Source: Azolla caroliniana (Eukaryota > Plantae > Polypodiophyta). Taken from it: a stretch of 64,000 nt of DNA. The DNA is taken from contig JBHGNT010000022.1 in NCBI GenBank assembly GCA_043228905.1, positions 4,030,001-4,094,000 on the forward strand, read 5' to 3'. The notes below the pieces were generated by a model. That model saw only the letters and a program-made list of their open reading frames with translations. It did no database searches and was not told the origin of the DNA. Made by a program: the position numbers and the translations under genes. Numbering within the stretch: the stretch's first letter is position 1; each line of letters begins with the position of its first letter. Shown here piece after piece: positions 51,401-64,000 of the stretch.

Positions 51401-51921
51401 TCAAAGGGCACTCACTATATGAGATGACGATAGTTAATGGGTTAATTGAACATCAAATGTCATATATGTAATGATGGTGGTTAATGGGTTGATCAAACAT
51501 TGACTGGCGTATATGACATGATGATAGTTAATGGATGATAAAGTAAACATCGAATGTCATATATTACGTATTGATGGTTTGATTGAACATCTATTGGCAT
51601 ATAAGACACGATGATAGTTAATGTGTTTAAACATCGAGTGTCATATATTTATGTATTGATGGTTTGATCAAACATCTATTGGCATATAAGACACGGTGAT
51701 AGTTAATGTGTTTGGTAACACATTGAATGTCATATATTTACATTATAGTTAATGGATTGATAAAACATTGAACTTTCCATATATTTGCATCATGATAGTT
51801 AATTGGTTGATTACATGTACAGGCAGTTATGGAAGCGACACGTAATCAATTGGAACGAGAATTAATGATGGAATCCGTCACTCGAATTGAAGAGATGCCA
51901 TCATATTCTTTACTCTCTTAA
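47260..51921 (+). CDS. ELMO/CED-12 domain protein (ELMOD family, putative ARF-family GAP), 10 coding exons, 303 aa
   Basis: Exons 47260-47370, 48576-48675, 48784-48881, 49797-49865, 50020-50135, 50229-50283, 50791-50911, 51027-51074, 51182-51276, 51823-51921 join in frame (912 nt). Motifs WKQMGWQGNDPSTDFRGGGFTSLENL, WEYPFAAAGVNIT, ASYMEFN. Confidence 0.93.
51420..51815. repeat. Degenerate ~50-bp minisatellite in the last ELMOD intron
   Basis: Recurrent ATGATAGTTAATGG(G)TT...AACAT...TGTCATAT. Confidence 0.75.
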
Positions 51922-53504
51922 CCGAACTTTAAACATTTGACTAACCATGTCACACATGCACATTATTGCCACTTGGGTTCCTCTCACTGTATATGTATCT
52001 TTGTTTCATTATTTATATTTTTCAATAACTCGGGGCCCCTGCGGGGTTGGATAATATGTGTTCATGATGGAGGCACCACATTCGTCCCCACACATTTTCT
52101 TACAACAATGTATATCATCATTATTTCATGTACTCTTTAGCTTTTCACTGTGCTCCATTGCAAGTTCTCTTCGTGAGTTTTGATGCATCTCAATATATGT
52201 GTATGTGTAGATGTCATGAAACTAATCATCAACAATTATTAAGTGAGATCTCAAATGATTTTTGTTATGTTATATAATCTTGAGACAGGTACTCATTTTC
52301 GTCCAATCCAAAGTTATGCCAACTCTCCGTTTTCATCTTGTTTTAAAGGCATTGTAATAATAGATTGCATTTAATTTATTTGCAATAGGGTGCCACATTA
52401 ATGGATGGTGACACGGTTTATAAGTGTCCTAGTTTCTATTTTATGGGAATGGTACATTTCAGCTTGGAGTATTGAGAAACATATTTTGCTATCAACATAG
52501 AGTTTGTTCAAGAAATTGCCATGTTTTTAATTGCGTTGTGGTTGTTGACTAAAGAGATTATGGCTTTTCTTTCAAAAATGATTGCCATTTGTGTAGGCTT
52601 CATTATATTACAATATATTTTGTCGGTTTTTTGGGTTCAAACAAAGTAGGTACATTACTAATGTTTTTCTTGATCGTGTATTCAAGTCTTCATAATGCGA
52701 CTCAAAGAATTTTGGTCTCCATGAAATCAATATACCATTCAATTGTTGTGCATAATCAAGAATAAGTAATCCAAAACATAGCTTTTGCATGACAAACAAG
52801 CGAGCAATACCATAGAGGGGCTTGGTTCGTTCCCCATAGTCAATATACATTTAGGTAGTGCAATGCCATTTGATAGCTTGTCAAAATCAACGATTTCGTA
52901 CATTTTTACTTTAATGGATAATGATTAGCCTATTGTTGGTAGGCTTACAAACTTGAAACCACGATGGTTCTCATCTTTGATAATTAATGAAACAAATTGC
53001 TTTTGGTAATTGAACCATATTAAAAATATGATAGTACAATTTTTTGCTAAAAAACCAGTGCTATTTTAGTACATTGTAGCATGCTTTCACCTCCATCCAT
53101 TTAAGTTTAAATTCTGGGATCATTTAAGAATGCAAATGTTTTGTTTTAAACATCAAGGATTTTTTCTAGTACATGTGGTTTAGAAGTTAAATCTTTAGAA
53201 GTAACCGGAGTTTCAGTTCTAAGTTCTAACTATATTATTGCCAAAACCAAGAAGTTCTTTTAGACTACTTACATGGAAAACTAGATGGTGTTGGGCTTAA
53301 AGTCCCACTATGCCCATATTGTATCTCTAGAGTGAACACTCAGTAACCCAACTATATAAGTGGGTAACTGACTCTTGTAATAGAAGTTTGAGGGTTAATG
53401 TAAAGTTAGTATCTCTTTGAGCCAAAATCATGTCTAGCAAGAAGGTAGAGCGATTAGATTCTAGGTAGGTTCCCTGTCGACTGTACGAACGATTAAAACA
53501 CATA

Positions 53505-53539
<35 letters not shown>

Positions 53540-53577
53540 TGCTCAGTGAGAAAGAAGTTGGTAAAAAGGCTTATTAT

Positions 53578-53720
53578 GCACACCAACTCGATACAATGTA
53601 TCGAGTTGGTGGTAAAAAAAAGTAGTATTATGTACACCAACTCGATACATTGTATCGAGTTGGCATGCATACTAAGTCATTTTACTACCAACTCGATACA
53701 TTGTATGGAGTTAATGTGCA
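53578..53720. repeat. Three tandem palindromes CCAACTCGATACA-W-TGTATCGAGTTGG (~52-bp spacing)
   Basis: Copies at ~53583, ~53636 and ~53687; the third is degenerate. Confidence 0.85.
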
Positions 53721-53829
53721 TAATATGTCCTTATGTGGAGTTTTAGGCCATTTAGATCCTTTTTGTCAGTAAAATGGGGTCCAAATCTAGATTTTTATTC
53801 AAATATTGGACAATATGGTCATTTAGATA

Positions 53830-54303
53830 TGTTAGGAATATGTCCCTCTTGTGGGAGGAATTGACTGTTCAAGCCAACAATTGAAGACAATCGACTGGTT
53901 GGACTGAGAGCCGACAACTGATGAGAGTCGACTAGGGAGTCAACAGTAGATGATCCAAGTCAAAGATAAGATCGACTAGTCGGGCCAACTAGATGGTCTA
54001 CAACAAGGCTGACTAGTCGGGCCGACTAGACAATCGACATAGGAGTCGGCTAGTCGAATCAACTAGTCGACCAATCGGCTGATTAATTGTTACTGTTATT
54101 ACTATCATAATAGGAATAACAGTAGTAGTGGCTATATTTGTAAATAACCCATACAGTGTATAAGTATAAATACACCTAGGGCAAAACTTCAGGGTGAAGA
54201 ACAGAAAGTGCAGAACATAACTAAGTGGTGTGGAGAAAGAGAGTGTGAAAGAGAAGAGCGATGGCCGAGTTTAGAGAACTTGCCAAGAACCCTAAGTGGT
54301 TAT
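53830..54303 (+). repeat. Truncated LTR with GTCGACTAG-type U3 repeats
   Basis: TGTTAGGAATATG start; promoter module GGCTATATTTGTAAATA...TATAAATACACCTAGGGCAA; related to 5968-6559. Confidence 0.75.
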
Positions 54304-55376
54304 TGTGTGGATTAGCGCTCGACAACAACCGAGTCTTAAACTCAATGGAAGAACAAAACAGAAATGGAGATTAATACACTTACACAGACAACAGAGAGGA
54401 CACAAGATGTTTACGTGGAAAACCCTAAATGGGAAAAACCACGGGAGCCCACAAACTCCAAATATCACTATGAGAAGAAGGGTACAAGGAGAGACTCAGA
54501 GGCAATGACCTCGAGCTCTATACCTTCGCCAACTGGCGGTTACAACAGAAAGGCTTTCTGTATCTCTCTCTCTCTCTCTCTCTCTCTGCAACCTCTGTAC
54601 AACAATATATCGATACACACATAAAGTGATTGCCTTAAGTCATATTTAGACTTATATGACTTTAGGACTATTTACAAATGTGGCCATGACAAGCACACTA
54701 GAAATATATTTACAGATATGTTCCTGGATCCGGTTCACACCGGATCCAACCAAATACCTTCCGGAGGGACCGAATTCCCAACAAACTCTCCCTTCACTCC
54801 TGCATGGGATGTCTTGTCAATCCTCTTTGTCTTCTGCACACATCCAACTTGTCGGTTAACAACACCTTCGGCAACATGTCCGACCCGTTCTCCTTTGTAT
54901 GGATCTTCGTCAACAAGAACTCTTTTATCTTCTACCTTCTCTCGAAGCCAGTGATATCTCCTCTGGATGTACTTCGTCTGAGAGTGGTAGGTTGCATTCT
55001 TCGTGAGGTGGATGACACTTTCACTGTCGTAGTAGAGCCGAAATTCCTCCTGCCGGATCCCAACCTCTTCGATGAAGTCCTTCATCCAGATCGCCTCTTT
55101 GCCAACTTCTACAACCGCCATGTACTCTGCATCCGTTGTCGATAGTGCAATGGAATTCTGCAACCTCGATTTCCATGATATGGCTCCCCTTGCATATGTC
55201 ATTACATATCTAGAAGTTGACAGGCTGGTGTCCACATCAAATGACATATCCGAACCCGTGAATCTTTCAAGTTGGGGTTTTCCAGAGTCGAATCAGAGGC
55301 ACATACTCAAGGTGCCTTTCAAGTACCGGAGTATCCACTTGACCACGGTCCAATGCTATCTTCTCGGATTGCTCAT
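54304..55376 (-). mobile_element. 3' end of a copia (RNase H, PPT, 3' LTR 54304-54783)
   Basis: GAISWKSRLQ, STTDAEY, TKYIQRRYHWLRE on -; PPT GTGAAGGGAGAG adjacent to TGTTGGG. Confidence 0.87.
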
Positions 55377-56800
55377 TGTTGAGATACAAGCTCAACATTG
55401 GGTGCGTAATCTGGGTGCACAACGAGAGGCCATAGTGGTGTGTAAACCGAGAGGCCGTTGGACAGATATTCTGCAGAGGAATATATTTTGGGAGTTAGTG
55501 TAGAGGCTCATTGATGAGCATTGAAGTACATGTCAGTACTTCAATCAGTCAGTATGAACTTGTATAAAAGTGCTCTCTGAGCACATCTTATGTACAAAGT
55601 TTTAGAGTATTGTTTTGGAATAGAGTTTTTTGTGTTCTGCTCTCTCTGTCTCTCATGTGTACGCTGTGTTGATTAAGCTCTCCATTAAACCTTCTTCATC
55701 CTCTTTGTCTTTTGTCTGTTGTTACCTGATTGTGTCTGTTAAGCTTTTGCACATATTCTCTTACATGGTATTAGAGTGCGAGGGTTGAGATCCTCTGTTG
55801 CCGACAAACAGACAAACCCTAATCACGGTGAAAGATCCTCAGGCAAGAGTTGAGCAATGTTCGACAACGAGATATGTCAGTGGATGAGTACACCTCCAAG
55901 ATCAAGGACATTTGCGACTCTCTCACCTCCGTTGATGTAAACGTCGAGCAAGAGGAAATGGTGCAGGTCTGCCTTGGAGGGTTAGCATTGATGTTTAGAG
56001 CTTTCCGAACTGAGGTCTGTACGAGGGAGAATACACTGTCGTTTTTCGACTTACAGTCAATGCTTCTAGTAGAGGAGAACCACGGGGGTGCGTCAACGAA
56101 TATGCACGTCGACAACAAGATGTTGTACACGGAGGAAGATAGGCCCTGTGGTCATAGCGGACGAGCCAAGTCGGCGCGCAATGGAGGCAGTCAACAGGAG
56201 CAAGATGGAAGGCATGGTTATAATGCCAATAGTAGTTCTGGACCCTCCAGAAGCATGGGGAGTCGAGGCGCCGCCGGAAATTGGCAAGGAAAACCCGCCG
56301 CAGAGTGCTGGTACTGTGGCAAGAAAGGCCACAAGGAGAGCGAGTGCTGGAAGAAACGCACCGATTTAGAGAAAACCGCATCCGGATCCGGGCAGACCGA
56401 ACAAGGAAATCAACAACGATCATAGTACGCCGAGGGTTCTGAACGAGCCGAAAATGGATCGGGCTCGGCCTTCGTAATGAAGCACAAGGCCAACTCGATG
56501 GTGGTGAACACCTCGAAACCGAATGAGGTGTGGTATGTTGACTACGGAGCGTCAAATCATATGACGAGTCACAAGGAATGGTTCTCGTACTTGGAGAAAC
56601 CGGAAAAACAAGGAGTGGTCGAAATTGGAGATGAGACTCCGCATACCATCTAACATGTCGGAGAAGTTCCCCTCAGCCACATCGGGCAGAAAGGGAAACT
56701 CATGAACGTGCTACACGTCCCAACAATAACCAAGAACCTGGTGTCGGTTGGATAGATCGTCGACTAGGGGATACAAGTTCGATTCATGCATCTCGGTTGC
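55377..56800 (+). mobile_element. 5' end of a copia D (LTR 55377-55765, PBS, truncated gag and PR), related to copia C
   Basis: TGTTGAG...TTACA abutting TGGTATTAGAG; CWYCGKKGHKESEC; WYVDYGAS; abrupt end at ~56800. Confidence 0.87.
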
Positions 56801-59800
56801 TACAGCGAACAGGCCGGGCGAACAAAGATATCTGACAGACAGCGGATGGAGCCAACTGGCCAAGGGAGACGGCTACAGACAGAGCTGGTCGCCGGACAGT
56901 GATGACGACCGACGGATAGTCGGCTAGACCACCGACAGACAACTATACGGTGGACGGAAGGCGGATGGAGTCGACCGCCGGACAAGAACGCCATAGGACA
57001 GCCGACGGGTAGAAACGACGTCCAAACAGAATGACAGGTGCAGAGAAGGTCTCCAAGAGAAGACAGAAGCAAAGAAGACAGGAAAAGAAGAAGACGAAAA
57101 CGAAAACAAGGAGAAACGGATGAAGAAGAAGCTGAGTAATATATGTAGAGAAGAAAGAGAAAGCGAAGAACAAGAAGAAAAAGATGTAGACAGAAAGCAA
57201 GAAGAAAGAAAGAAGAAGAAAGAAAGAAGAAGAGGGAAAGACAAAGCAAGATGCAGACAGAAAGTAGTGAGGGAATCTTGAGGGCATCATTAGAGTGTGA
57301 AGAAATGGAAGGGCATTCGACCAAATTTTAGAAAACGAAAGGGTATACATGAGGGAAATCATTGATGTCACCACAAAATCAATTCCTTTGGCAAACTCTT
57401 TGCACTCGCCTCTCTATGATATCAATTCAATGCACAGAACCTAGGCAAAACCATCTGAGGAAGATGGGCAGCAAGTGGGCGGCCATAGTAAAGCTCATCC
57501 CGAGTGGACAACCACATATCCAAGATGTGCGACTGAGAGGCGCGATCGAGAGAGCGGTCGAGAATACAGCCAACACGAGTGGCGAGAAGACGACCGAGAC
57601 GCATGGTCAAGAGTACATCCGAGACACATGGCCGAGAGGACGGCCGTGATGTGTGGTCGAGGGTATGGCCGAGACGAGTGATCGAGAGTACGGCCAAGAT
57701 GCACACCCGAGAGTACGGCCAAGACGCGTGGTCGAGACACGCAGCCCAGAGTACGGCCGAGATGTGTGGCCGAGACGCACAACCCAGAATACGGCCGGGA
57801 TGTATGGCCGAGATGTGCGGCCTAGAATACGTCCGAGATGCGCAACCGAGACGCATGGCCAAGAGTGCGGCCAAGACGCGTAGTCGAGACACACAACCAA
57901 GACATCTCCGAGAAACTGATCGTGGGCCAAGATGTGGCCGAATGATTGCCACGAGACAGTCCAAGAACGACCAAGCGACCCGTCAGATAGACACGACCGT
58001 CAGACAAAGATGACCTATAGACCAGACAGATGGCCACGGATAGAGCTGGCTAGTCAGTTGCACAGTCGGCGGCAGGGAAACAGAGGCGACTCATAAACAC
58101 AGTGTTGGGAGACAGGTCCCTCCGGATGGGAAGGGAGAAGAGCAGTGCTGATGAGCAAACTCGGCCGAGGCCGATAGGCCAAGGCCGAAACCGGATGACG
58201 AGTACCCGGCTACAGAGAGCCGGATGGTGCAGACCCGGTGAGAACCGGATGAGGAGAACCCGGCTACGGAGAGCCGGATGGTGCAGACCCGGTGAGAACC
58301 GGATGGCAAGTACCCGGCAAGCGCCGGATGATGCAGGCCCGGTGAGGAGTGCTCACCGGATGAAGAGACATATTCCTAAATATGTTTTTGAGAGTCCATC
58401 GAGGCTATATTTGTAAATAGCCGAAAATTCATATTAGTATAAATATGACTTAGGGCAAACTTATTGTAGTAGTTGTTGTCATTCTTGTTGGTGCAAGAAG
58501 AGAGAGCGCGTAACAGTGTATAGAGTGAGAGAGAGAGAGAAAGAGACGAAGGTTTCGTATCTCTGTTGTAACCGCCGACTGTGGCGAAGATAGCAAGCTC
58601 GAGGTCGTTGCCTCGGTGCTCCACCATTGTACATTCTTATATACTGATAGTTTGGAGTCTGTGGACTCCCGTGGTTTTTCCCTCTCAGGGTTTTCCACGT
58701 TAAACATCCTGTGTACTCTTCTCGCCTTTGAGTCGTGAGTTTCATTTCCCGTGTTCTGTGTATGATTCTAAGCTCGGTTGTGGCCGAGCGTTGCGCATAG
58801 GGAGCATGCAGTTCATGTCACACAGGGACAACCACAGATGGAAACGGGCTAGAAACGGTAGATGGAAGAAGAAGAGCCATGAAGAATTAAGTAAGAAAAG
58901 GAGAACGTACATGGAAGAAGACAGAAGGATGCAGACAACAAGAGAAGAAGAAGACTGACAAACAGAGAAAAGAGAAGACCAAGAAGAAATTGACGACGAA
59001 GAAGAAAAGAGGAGAGAAGAAATATAAAGAAGGGCATGAGAGTAAATTTCAAAAAAGACAAGGGTATAGTGATGAATTTCAAAGACTAGAGGGTAGATGA
59101 CGAAATTCCAAAAGCGTGAGGCCATGAGAGGAATTTTCAAAAGTCGGAGGGCAATAAATAAAATTTAAAAAAAACTTGAGGGCAGAAATGAAAAATTTAA
59201 AGACCAAGGGATACAAAATACTCAACTCACATGAAGAAACCGCATATACACAACACGATTTCACGATTTGATGACCCATGCCACAATGGACGAGCCGATT
59301 GGTGTGTGATCTAATCGAGAGATATGTTGACCGAACGAGAAGGTTCGAGTCAAGCGAAGCTCCGATCGAAGTTATCGATCGTAGAGTAATGATCCGGTCG
59401 AGGGATTTCCAACCGTTGAGATGACCGATGGAGTTCTGGTCGAGAAGAGTTGCCATGGCTAGTGGGTTCATCGTGCAATGCACTATCCCACAGGCGTGCC
59501 ATGTGTTACCTGTAAGAATACACAGGGAGGCATAAGGATAGGTGTAATGATGTGTATGTATAAAGTAAATGAGTGTGTGAAGATGAGTATCTGTGAGCAC
59601 ATGTGACAAGAATGTAACGGTCATATTATTAACCATTACACTATGTACTATATAAACCCCTAATGGGGCATGTAATGGAATATACATTTCCCCCCTCTCA
59701 CATTGTGTCATTTTGTATTTGGCTTTCTCTCTTGCTCTCTCTTTAACTTAACCCCCTTGGGAGGGGGGTGAAGCCATTTTAGGTTTCACCCCCCACTCCA

Positions 59801-59803
59801 ACA
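56801..59803 (-). mobile_element. 5' LTR (59504-59803), tRNA-Arg-like PBS and long repetitive leader of a Tat-like gypsy; coding region lost
   Basis: On -: TGTTGG...GGTAACA, 2-nt spacer, then TGGCACGCCTGTGGGA (59486-59501). CT-rich leader and GGCCGAGA tandem repeats at 57540-57960. Confidence 0.65.
58103..58820 (+). repeat. Copia-family solo LTR (TSD CACAG)
   Basis: TGTTGGGAGACAGG...CATGTCA flanked by CACAG; same family as 24779. Confidence 0.92.
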
Positions 59804-62800
59804 ACAGTAGAGTCAGTAGGGACACGCAAAAAAACATTTTGACCAATAGTAAATGCATGAGGACGTCTATCCTGATCAGCATAAAATTGAGCACGATCTT
59901 GAGCTGTCTTGACATTCTCTTTGGCAATATGCAACATTTGATTCATGTCTTGCAAAAAATTGCGTGTATTGTCTAATGTATCACGATGAATCGTGACATC
60001 AACTGGGGCAAGTGGCTGAAAACCATACATCAACATAAAAGGACTATATCCAGTGGATGTATGTTTAGAGCTATTATAGGAAAATTCTAAGATAGGAAGG
60101 TATTGCTCCCACTTAGAAGGGGTTTTTGCTACATAAGCTCGAAGCATGTCTCAATAATTTGATTAACTCATTTAGTTTGTCCAGTGGATGTATGTTTAGA
60201 GCTATTATAGGCAAATTCTAAGATAGGAAGGTATTGCTCCCACTTAGAAGGGGTTTTTGCTACATAAGCTCGAAGCATGTCCTCAATAATTTGATTAACT
60301 CGTTCAGACTGAGGATGATCTGCCGAACTCATGCTCAATGTAGTTTCTAGTTTCTTAAAGACTTGAGTCCAAATGTCACTAGTAAACTTGGAATCTCGTT
60401 CACTAACAATATCCATCGGTAATCCATAAAAACGAAATAACTCATCAACAAATTGATAAACCAATTGTCGAGCGGTTACCGTGGTTTTGGTAGGAATAAA
60501 TCTAGCCAATTTTGTTAGTTTGTCAACGACAACCCAAATGGCATCATGACCCCTCTGTGTACGAGATAAAATAACAATAAAATCCATCGAGATACTTTCC
60601 CATTTGTTGTTGGGAATATCTAAGGGATGTAAAAAACCAGCAGCTTTAAGTCGTTCCGACTTATTAATCTGACATTGGAAGCATTGAGTTACGTATTTAT
60701 GCACGTTAGAGCTTATCTTAGGCCAGAAAAAAGTACTCGAGATGAGAACGAGTGTGTGTTGTATTCCTGGATGACCAACAAATGGTGCATCATGACATTC
60801 ATGAATAATTTTCTGTTTTGCGTTACCTTTCCACTACGGTAGAGAAAACCGTTTGCATTGTGAAAGGTCGCCTTCGAGGGTAGGGTGCTAGTATCGGCAT
60901 CTAAACCAGATTCGACTTTCGTCCAATATTTCGAAAAATAACTGTCATCAAGGTATTTCCCTCGAAGGTGATCTAAAAGATCAGATTTTATTTCTGTGAA
61001 GCTAAGCATGTTAACTTCTTTAATGTGACTAAGAGCATCCGCAACAGTGTTCATAGAACCCTTGCGATAATGTATGGAAAAATAAAAATCTTGCATAAGG
61101 TCAACCCAACTGCCTTTACGACCAACAAGATCTAGTTGGTCACAAAAATACTTCAATGACATGGTCTGTTGTAACCACAAATTTACTTCCATAGAGATAG
61201 TGCCTCCATGTTTTAAGTGCATGTATTGCCACAAACAACTCTTTCTCTTGAACCGAATACCGAGATTGAGCAGCATCAAGCTTCTTACTTTCAAAAGCAA
61301 TAGGGTGACTGCCTTGATAAAGAACGACACCAATAGCATAATCACTAGCATCAATTTCGATTGAGAAAGGCTTAGAAGGGTTTGGTAATAGAAGAGTGGG
61401 AGCCTGGTACACATGCTCTTTGAGTTTCTCAAATGATTTGTCAAGTTGTTCGTTCCATGCAATTGGTTTGACAAACTTACGTGGATTACCTTTTAAAAGG
61501 TCAGTTAATGGCATAGTATAGATTTTTGGAAAAAATCACATTTTTGAATGTTTTGAATAGAAAGAGTTGTCATGCAACTTTTGCAAAACAAATCGAACAT
61601 GTTGAACATGATCTTGCAAGGTACGGCTATATATCAAAATATCATCCAAGAAGACGACAACAAAATCACCGAGTTGATCTCGGAAAACGCCATTCATCGC
61701 TTGTTGGAATGTGGCTAGAGCATTAGTTAACCCGAAAAACTCATAATGGCCATAGCGCATACGAAAAGCAATTTTAGAAATATCATCCTCGGCAATGCGA
61801 ATCTGATTATAACCTGTCCGTAAGTCAATTTTCGTAAAATATCGGGCCCCATGCAAAACGATCAATCAAATCATCAGCGCGATGTAACGGATATGCATTT
61901 TTTATTGTTATTTTATTCAAACGACTATAATTGATACACATTCGCCATGAACCTTCCTTCTTCTTAACTAATAGAACTGACCCACCCCAATGTGATTTAC
62001 TATACCTAATGTGGCCCATACTCAAGTATTCCTTAAGTTGTTTAGCGATCTCATCCTCTTCTAATCGACTAAGTCGGTAAGGTGGAATGCTCATAGGAGC
62101 AGCACCAGGAATGAGTTCAATTTAATGGTCCACATTACATTTTGGTGGTAAAGTAAGTGGCAATTCGTTAGGAAACACGTCTTGAAAATCGTCTAAAATA
62201 GAGTCGAGTAATCATTGTTCATAATGTGGTAATTGTGTGGCGTCAATATTAAAATAATAAAATTGAAGCGCAGGATCAATTACACACGAATAAATTAATG
62301 AACTAGAATACTCACTTAAAGATTTAGAAGACACAAGTGAACGAGAAGGAAGTTTGGAACATTGAATAAAATGTTTACAATTATTTAGTTCAAATGTGAT
62401 TGAGTGATTAACCCAATCAATGGACAAAGAAGGGTTTTTATTAAAAAACCAAGGGTACCCTAAAATGACATCTGCAGATTGTAGTTTCCTATAATGAAAG
62501 TCAAGCTTTTCCAAGTAGGTATCTATTTGAATTGGTAGTTGACAAACAATGCCACTGATGTATTGAACACTTTCATTTGCCATGTGAACTTGATAGATAT
62601 GATCACTTGCGTTTATATGGAGTTCCATTTGTTGCACAAAGTGATCATTAAGAAAATTGTGAGAACTACTGGAATCAAACAAGAAATGTGCTTGTGTTCC
62701 ATTGATATACCTAACTGCTCGGAGTAAATCATTAGGTCCAAGTAAATGTGAAGGAAAAGTGCATTCACATGAACTTAAGTGGTTGGTATGAACTTCAACA

Positions 62801-63290
62801 ACATCAAAAGACTCACCTGTGTGACTCGTAGATTTGTCTTGAGGAGGGGAGGGGTGTTCATTGACTTCCTCTCAGGACGACGACAGGTATCCTTTGTGTG
62901 GCTCCGCTTCTTGCAATTTGCACAGAAGAGGTTAGGTTTCTTGGAGTCACGGTCAAGAGTGTCATTGGATTGCTTACATTTCCCAATGAACTTGACATTC
63001 AAAGTTTTGGCGAACTCGGGTTTATTGTGGTCTTTCTGGGAAGTCCTATGGTACCGAAGTACAATCTTGACGGCTTCCTCAAAAGTTGTGGGGTCCTTGT
63101 CATGGATAATCCAATGGTAATCCCCATTAGGAATACCATTAAAAAAGAAAGCAACAAACCATTTCTCACACGTAAATCTCGATTTTTGGATCTGGGTCCG
63201 AGCATGATGCACATAATCCTCGAGAGAGGTAAATGGCTTACTCGACAACGTGAGCAAGTCATGTGCTTCAGTTTCAGAAGGTGGTTGCAA
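59804..63290 (-). pseudogene. Degraded chromovirus-like Ty3/gypsy gag-pol (gag CCHC, PR, RT, RH, IN)
   Basis: CANCKKRSHTKDTC; FDSSSSHNF; [17 protein letters not shown]; IDASDYAIG; WESISMDF, ERVNQ. Tandem duplication of ~130 bp at 60050-60300. Confidence 0.9.
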
Positions 63291-63294
63291 AAAC

Positions 63295-63744
63295 TAGGAG
63301 ATAGCCTCATTCAAAGAATGTGGGCTCAGGAAAGTTAAGAAAAAGATTTTTTGTCTCACATCGCAATCCTTGAAAGAATTGATCAAGGAGGGCTTGTTAG
63401 TCCCACTTGACATCGCACACGAGCTGACGAAATTCAGACGCATAGATTGATGCCGCACGTTCTCCTTGTTGTGACGCATATAGTTCGTTGAGTGCGGCTT
63501 GTTGTTTGTCGGTCTCCCCGAAAATTGCCTCAAATTCGGTAAGAAATGCTTGGAAGTCGATCAAGATGGGCAAAGAGTTCTCCACCAGAGGGGCAAACCT
63601 GGCTTGGGCTTGTCCTGTCAACAACATGCCGATGAGCCCGACTTGTCGAAAGTCATCAAAATAGCGTTGAGGCTGAAGGTGAATAATAAGGGGGATCTGG
63701 TTGATGAAGCCTCCTCATTGTGACCTCGTTCCATCAAATTTATC
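63295..63744 (-). pseudogene. Tcn1-type gag N-terminal fragment
   Basis: LLTGQAQARFAPLVEN; QQGERAASIYASEFRQL; homologous to 23037-23700. Confidence 0.75.
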
Positions 63745-63957
63745 TGTATGAAAATAGCACACAGTATGTAATTGTATTATTTGAACTGAAAGTTACAATA
63801 GAATGGAGACAACAACCTTAACACTAGGTTACAAGAGTCAGTTTAAATACTAACTAACTTAGGGCAACTACCCTTTTCACTATTTACAAAAATAGCCTAA
63901 ACCTAGTGTGTCCAATGGAACAATGTGAATACGGCCATTATACAACCATATTCAACA
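63745..63957 (-). repeat. Short 3' LTR of an element extending beyond the right edge
   Basis: TGTATG...TTCAACA followed by CTACCCC (PPT-like GGGGTAG on -); related to 15389-15664. Confidence 0.7.
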
Positions 63958-64000
63958 CTACCCCATAATGGGCGTATACACTATGGAGAAACCTATAATA

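Noticed and set aside
53578-53720. CRISPR array interpretation of the palindromic repeats
   Set aside because: Eukaryotic context, only three units, partly similar spacers and no cas genes.
56800-58037. Multiple Arg/Phe/Ser-rich ORFs
   Set aside because: Products of GA-rich and GGCCGAGA tandem repeats in a retroelement leader.

Overview
Eukaryotic, land-plant-like DNA, probably a non-seed plant (inferred from the Tcn1-like chromovirus, a tRNA-Trp-primed gypsy and an RTE/RTEX-like LINE). Three zones. (1) 1-40.8 kb: a nested retrotransposon stack at least five layers deep that can be reconstructed from LTR termini, PBS/PPT motifs and TSDs. It holds copia elements, a Tcn1-like chromovirus, Trp-primed gypsy elements with 4-bp TSDs, solo LTRs and two LINEs. 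(2) 40.8-53.5 kb: a TE-poor gene island with a small secreted Cys-rich protein gene and a 10-exon ELMO/CED-12-domain gene (303 aa, one GC-AG intron), separated by two near-perfect triplications (240 and 245 bp units). (3) 53.8-64 kb: a second degraded LTR cluster (copia, an Arg-primed Tat-like 5' end, chromovirus-like gypsy). Most short ORFs in the track are spurious. The best leads are: a tRNA-independent self-priming structure in the chromovirus with a possible masking hairpin; a tRNA-like Pol III A/B-box module at that LTR's edge; CpG-centred 4-bp target sites of the Trp-primed family; and a core promoter module shared by different LTR families. I cannot show a wholly new system from sequence alone. 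All alignments were done by eye, so coordinates may be off by a few bases.
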